Positions 62,901 through 64,000 of a stretch of 64,000 bases of DNA are shown piece after piece (position 1 is the stretch's first letter; every line of letters starts with the position of its first letter). The position numbers and the translations under genes were made by a program. The notes under the pieces were generated by a model. The model had not been told where the DNA came from and made no database searches. It saw nothing but the letters and a program-made list of their open reading frames with translations. Origin of the DNA: Carpediemonas membranifera BICM (taxonomy: Eukaryota; Protista; Fornicata); assembly GCA_019828565.1 (NCBI GenBank), contig JAHDYR010000014.1, positions 248,001 to 312,000 of the forward strand, read 5' to 3'.

Positions 62901-64000
62901 CGTACTGGCGAGCATCATCCGGGTTGGGGAGAGGGGGCATCGCGTGTAGCTCCATGTCGATCTTACGGATCCTGTTGCTGATGTCCCGCAGGAGCTCGGC
63001 GCATGTGGACTCACGCGCCCCGCTGGGAGTCATGTGACTGAACTTGACGTTGGTCGGATCCAACCCGGCGTTCTGGACGATCGCCGTGACATAGTCTCTG
63101 GCAGTGACCAGCTGGTACTTCGCACTGTCCAGCGGGCTCGACATCTGGTACAATGCGGCCAGCTCGGCCGAGGCCACCAGGTCGTCGTGAGGTAAGTCGA
63201 TCACGAGAGAGGAGTTCGTCGCCCACACATCGATGAGGGCCAGCAGGCACCGGATCCGCTCGGTCTCGTTGGCAGCGATGCCGGGCATGGCCATATCGAG
63301 CCTGAGATCGTCCATCTGGGCCGTCAGCGTGCCGCTAGCCCTGGTCAGCCGGGCCAGTGTGTCTGACACTCCGCGGGACGTCAGGGCGCCGGTCGTACCA
63401 GGTTCAGGGGCGGGCACGTCGTCAAGGGCGACCCGGTGGGGGGGCAGGCGACCGTCGTACAGGGTGAGTCTGGTCGCGGCGTCCTCAAGGACGGGGGCCT
63501 CGACCCTCTCGATGGCGAACACGTCGCCGTGTACCTGGTGGAGCTCGCTGAAGGCGGTGGGGTCGAGCTCTGTGGCTGTGAGGGCGGCGAGCTCCTTCTC
63601 AACGCGAGCCGTAGCCGCCGCGATGCGGTCTCTCGACTGCTCCGCGACCTTGACGAAGAATCGTGTGAATGCGGTGTTGAACGTGCTCCGCGTGTCAGCC
63701 CTGTTGGCCTTGACGCACATGTCGGTGGCGAGGGCGGCCTGGTACATGCAGGTCCGCAGGCGCTGTTCGAGACTATCCCTGCCATCGAGGAATGAAGGAC
63801 CGTGCGGCTCCCCGCTGCGGGCAAGCACCTCGGATGCTGCTATGAGGGCGTCCGTGAGCAGCGGGATCGTCGACGTCGGCTCCCCGATGCGTCCGTTGTC
63901 CCGCATGACCGAGGAAATCGCCTCCTCTGCGGGGGCGACCTTGCCCTCCGCGGCAACGAGGGCCGTCGCCAGCTGGTGGGAGCCCTCGACGGCGGCCATG
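59953..64000 (-). CDS. Large alpha-helical (possibly spectrin/actinin-like) protein with C-terminal EF-hand; probably 5'-truncated by the window edge
   Basis: At least 1348 aa open to the window end; helical/coiled-coil composition; EF-hand FNYFDADGNRTLDQNEI. Confidence 0.75.
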   Translation of the reverse strand, partial: MAAVEGSHQLATALVAAEGKVAPAEEAISSVMRDNGRIGEPTSTIPLLTDALIAASEVLARSGEPHGPSFLDGRDSLEQRLRTCMYQAALATDMCVKANRADTRSTFNTAFTRFFVKVAEQSRDRIAAATARVEKELAALTATELDPTAFSELHQVHGDVFAIERVEAPVLEDAATRLTLYDGRLPPHRVALDDVPAPEPGTTGALTSRGVSDTLARLTRASGTLTAQMDDLRLDMAMPGIAANETERIRCLLALIDVWATNSSLVIDLPHDDLVASAELAALYQMSSPLDSAKYQLVTARDYVTAIVQNAGLDPTNVKFSHMTPSGARESTCAELLRDISNRIRKIDMELHAMPPLPNPDDARQYVGKQSEVLQRAATVLIQFLPMRVESPESYEAGKAVFDDGAHAIATIDAALTALAESPPASTVGIPPATLQKLALLLEEAQADYGEHLRHYESRAASLSDAAQQYEEMVRLQSAALDGAEQNLHDFANQALEALGRRRELNIDTGNSVAEEKLTEIREIANNSRLPPQMMPVSLNDTRQELQEEEELDALNTEIARIHDSVTMKSEELMDSKDDFVDMFNYCIESEISTRADEQALRDMYDRWCSTVNRLALLASTLGHAIQLTHLPELFTPYASQVQALHLFLDDAETFVIDFAEKHNGLLSEPDGDSFAELAEAFNPCNTPTMFNSIFDLLQVIPNVILHEQTFTSYAATVLELEAMIQAADTPIDEDNVHLAQLMDPHRLQPVLADAAEVIDRWTAFAEHQHRLVPSGEALRGRMHALLSATRAHTEAVALLELSAAVPADSFAMDVPEPDTTLPDEANEAGPFRDFDTIAADIDKKFSDAKLGRNPAFRVEAEEILLKKIEAAVLEDETVQGAHNIETAKRVLIGREVKAELRMSLGYFPKSIEIHSTDLKELSKGSTQERLHLIESTACPVQFVTKLWSAVRRVISEYASASGVTAKALIQHLGSSTGAVRDPDDPNGEPLLPDVVALLAESEELLSSNEGHTKEVAAAIDSASKAARSALSSLNTVKQRGMECYRRLAVATQYALCIDSTKATEEEATVAAEILKRVVRPLIADPVRPSVAQLSTMVSMVIEKLPPAEQRRLGILGEGFLHGPDENGVGRDYQRLLSFTDDILTEDATNRLRSIEANKRAFDMTDGFTIETLIMLFNYFDADGNRTLDQNEIQTMLRTLEISLTPSDERSLKRALDSNAAATGDRGLDLEHFFMFAKDVSALKITRGQGSLSMAFSDITRWWEDQFQNNARNYQMRVRNKVFERVFGIVLSKEDIKLLNSIVDESANDGGRRSRSRNRDDKLAVLKSIPDLQLPTDTRNVRVELSTM

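Overview
Gene-dense, GC-rich eukaryotic (protist) DNA with very short intergenic regions and tiny 29-31 nt GT-AG introns. This looks like an anaerobic metamonad/fornicate such as Carpediemonas (inference). About 1-45 kb and 58-64 kb hold housekeeping and orphan genes: an actin-related 3' end, Amt, ELMOD, DUF1015, V-ATPase E and d, importin-7/8, a PP6/PP4-like phosphatase, endonuclease IV, a large PBP/Cys-rich/multi-TM receptor, Nfu1, a Siva-like gene, CHMP5, TTLL, a porin-like gene, Pol theta, RNase T2, CCT2 and an EF-hand protein. This part also has a free-standing intein/Hint gene and a Schlafen/AlbA-like + degenerate DEAH helicase fusion. The 45.5-57.8 kb region is a nested mobile-element locus. 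A Fanzor1-like (eukaryotic TnpB) RuvC nuclease gene is split into three pieces by two different chromodomain-bearing Ty3/Gypsy LTR retrotransposons. Removing both elements at their TSDs rejoins a continuous 547-codon frame with one internal TAG. Both retroelements have identical, very short (84-87 bp) LTRs and a perfect palindrome where a tRNA primer-binding site should be. One carries an antisense, intron-containing gene with a chromo-like domain.
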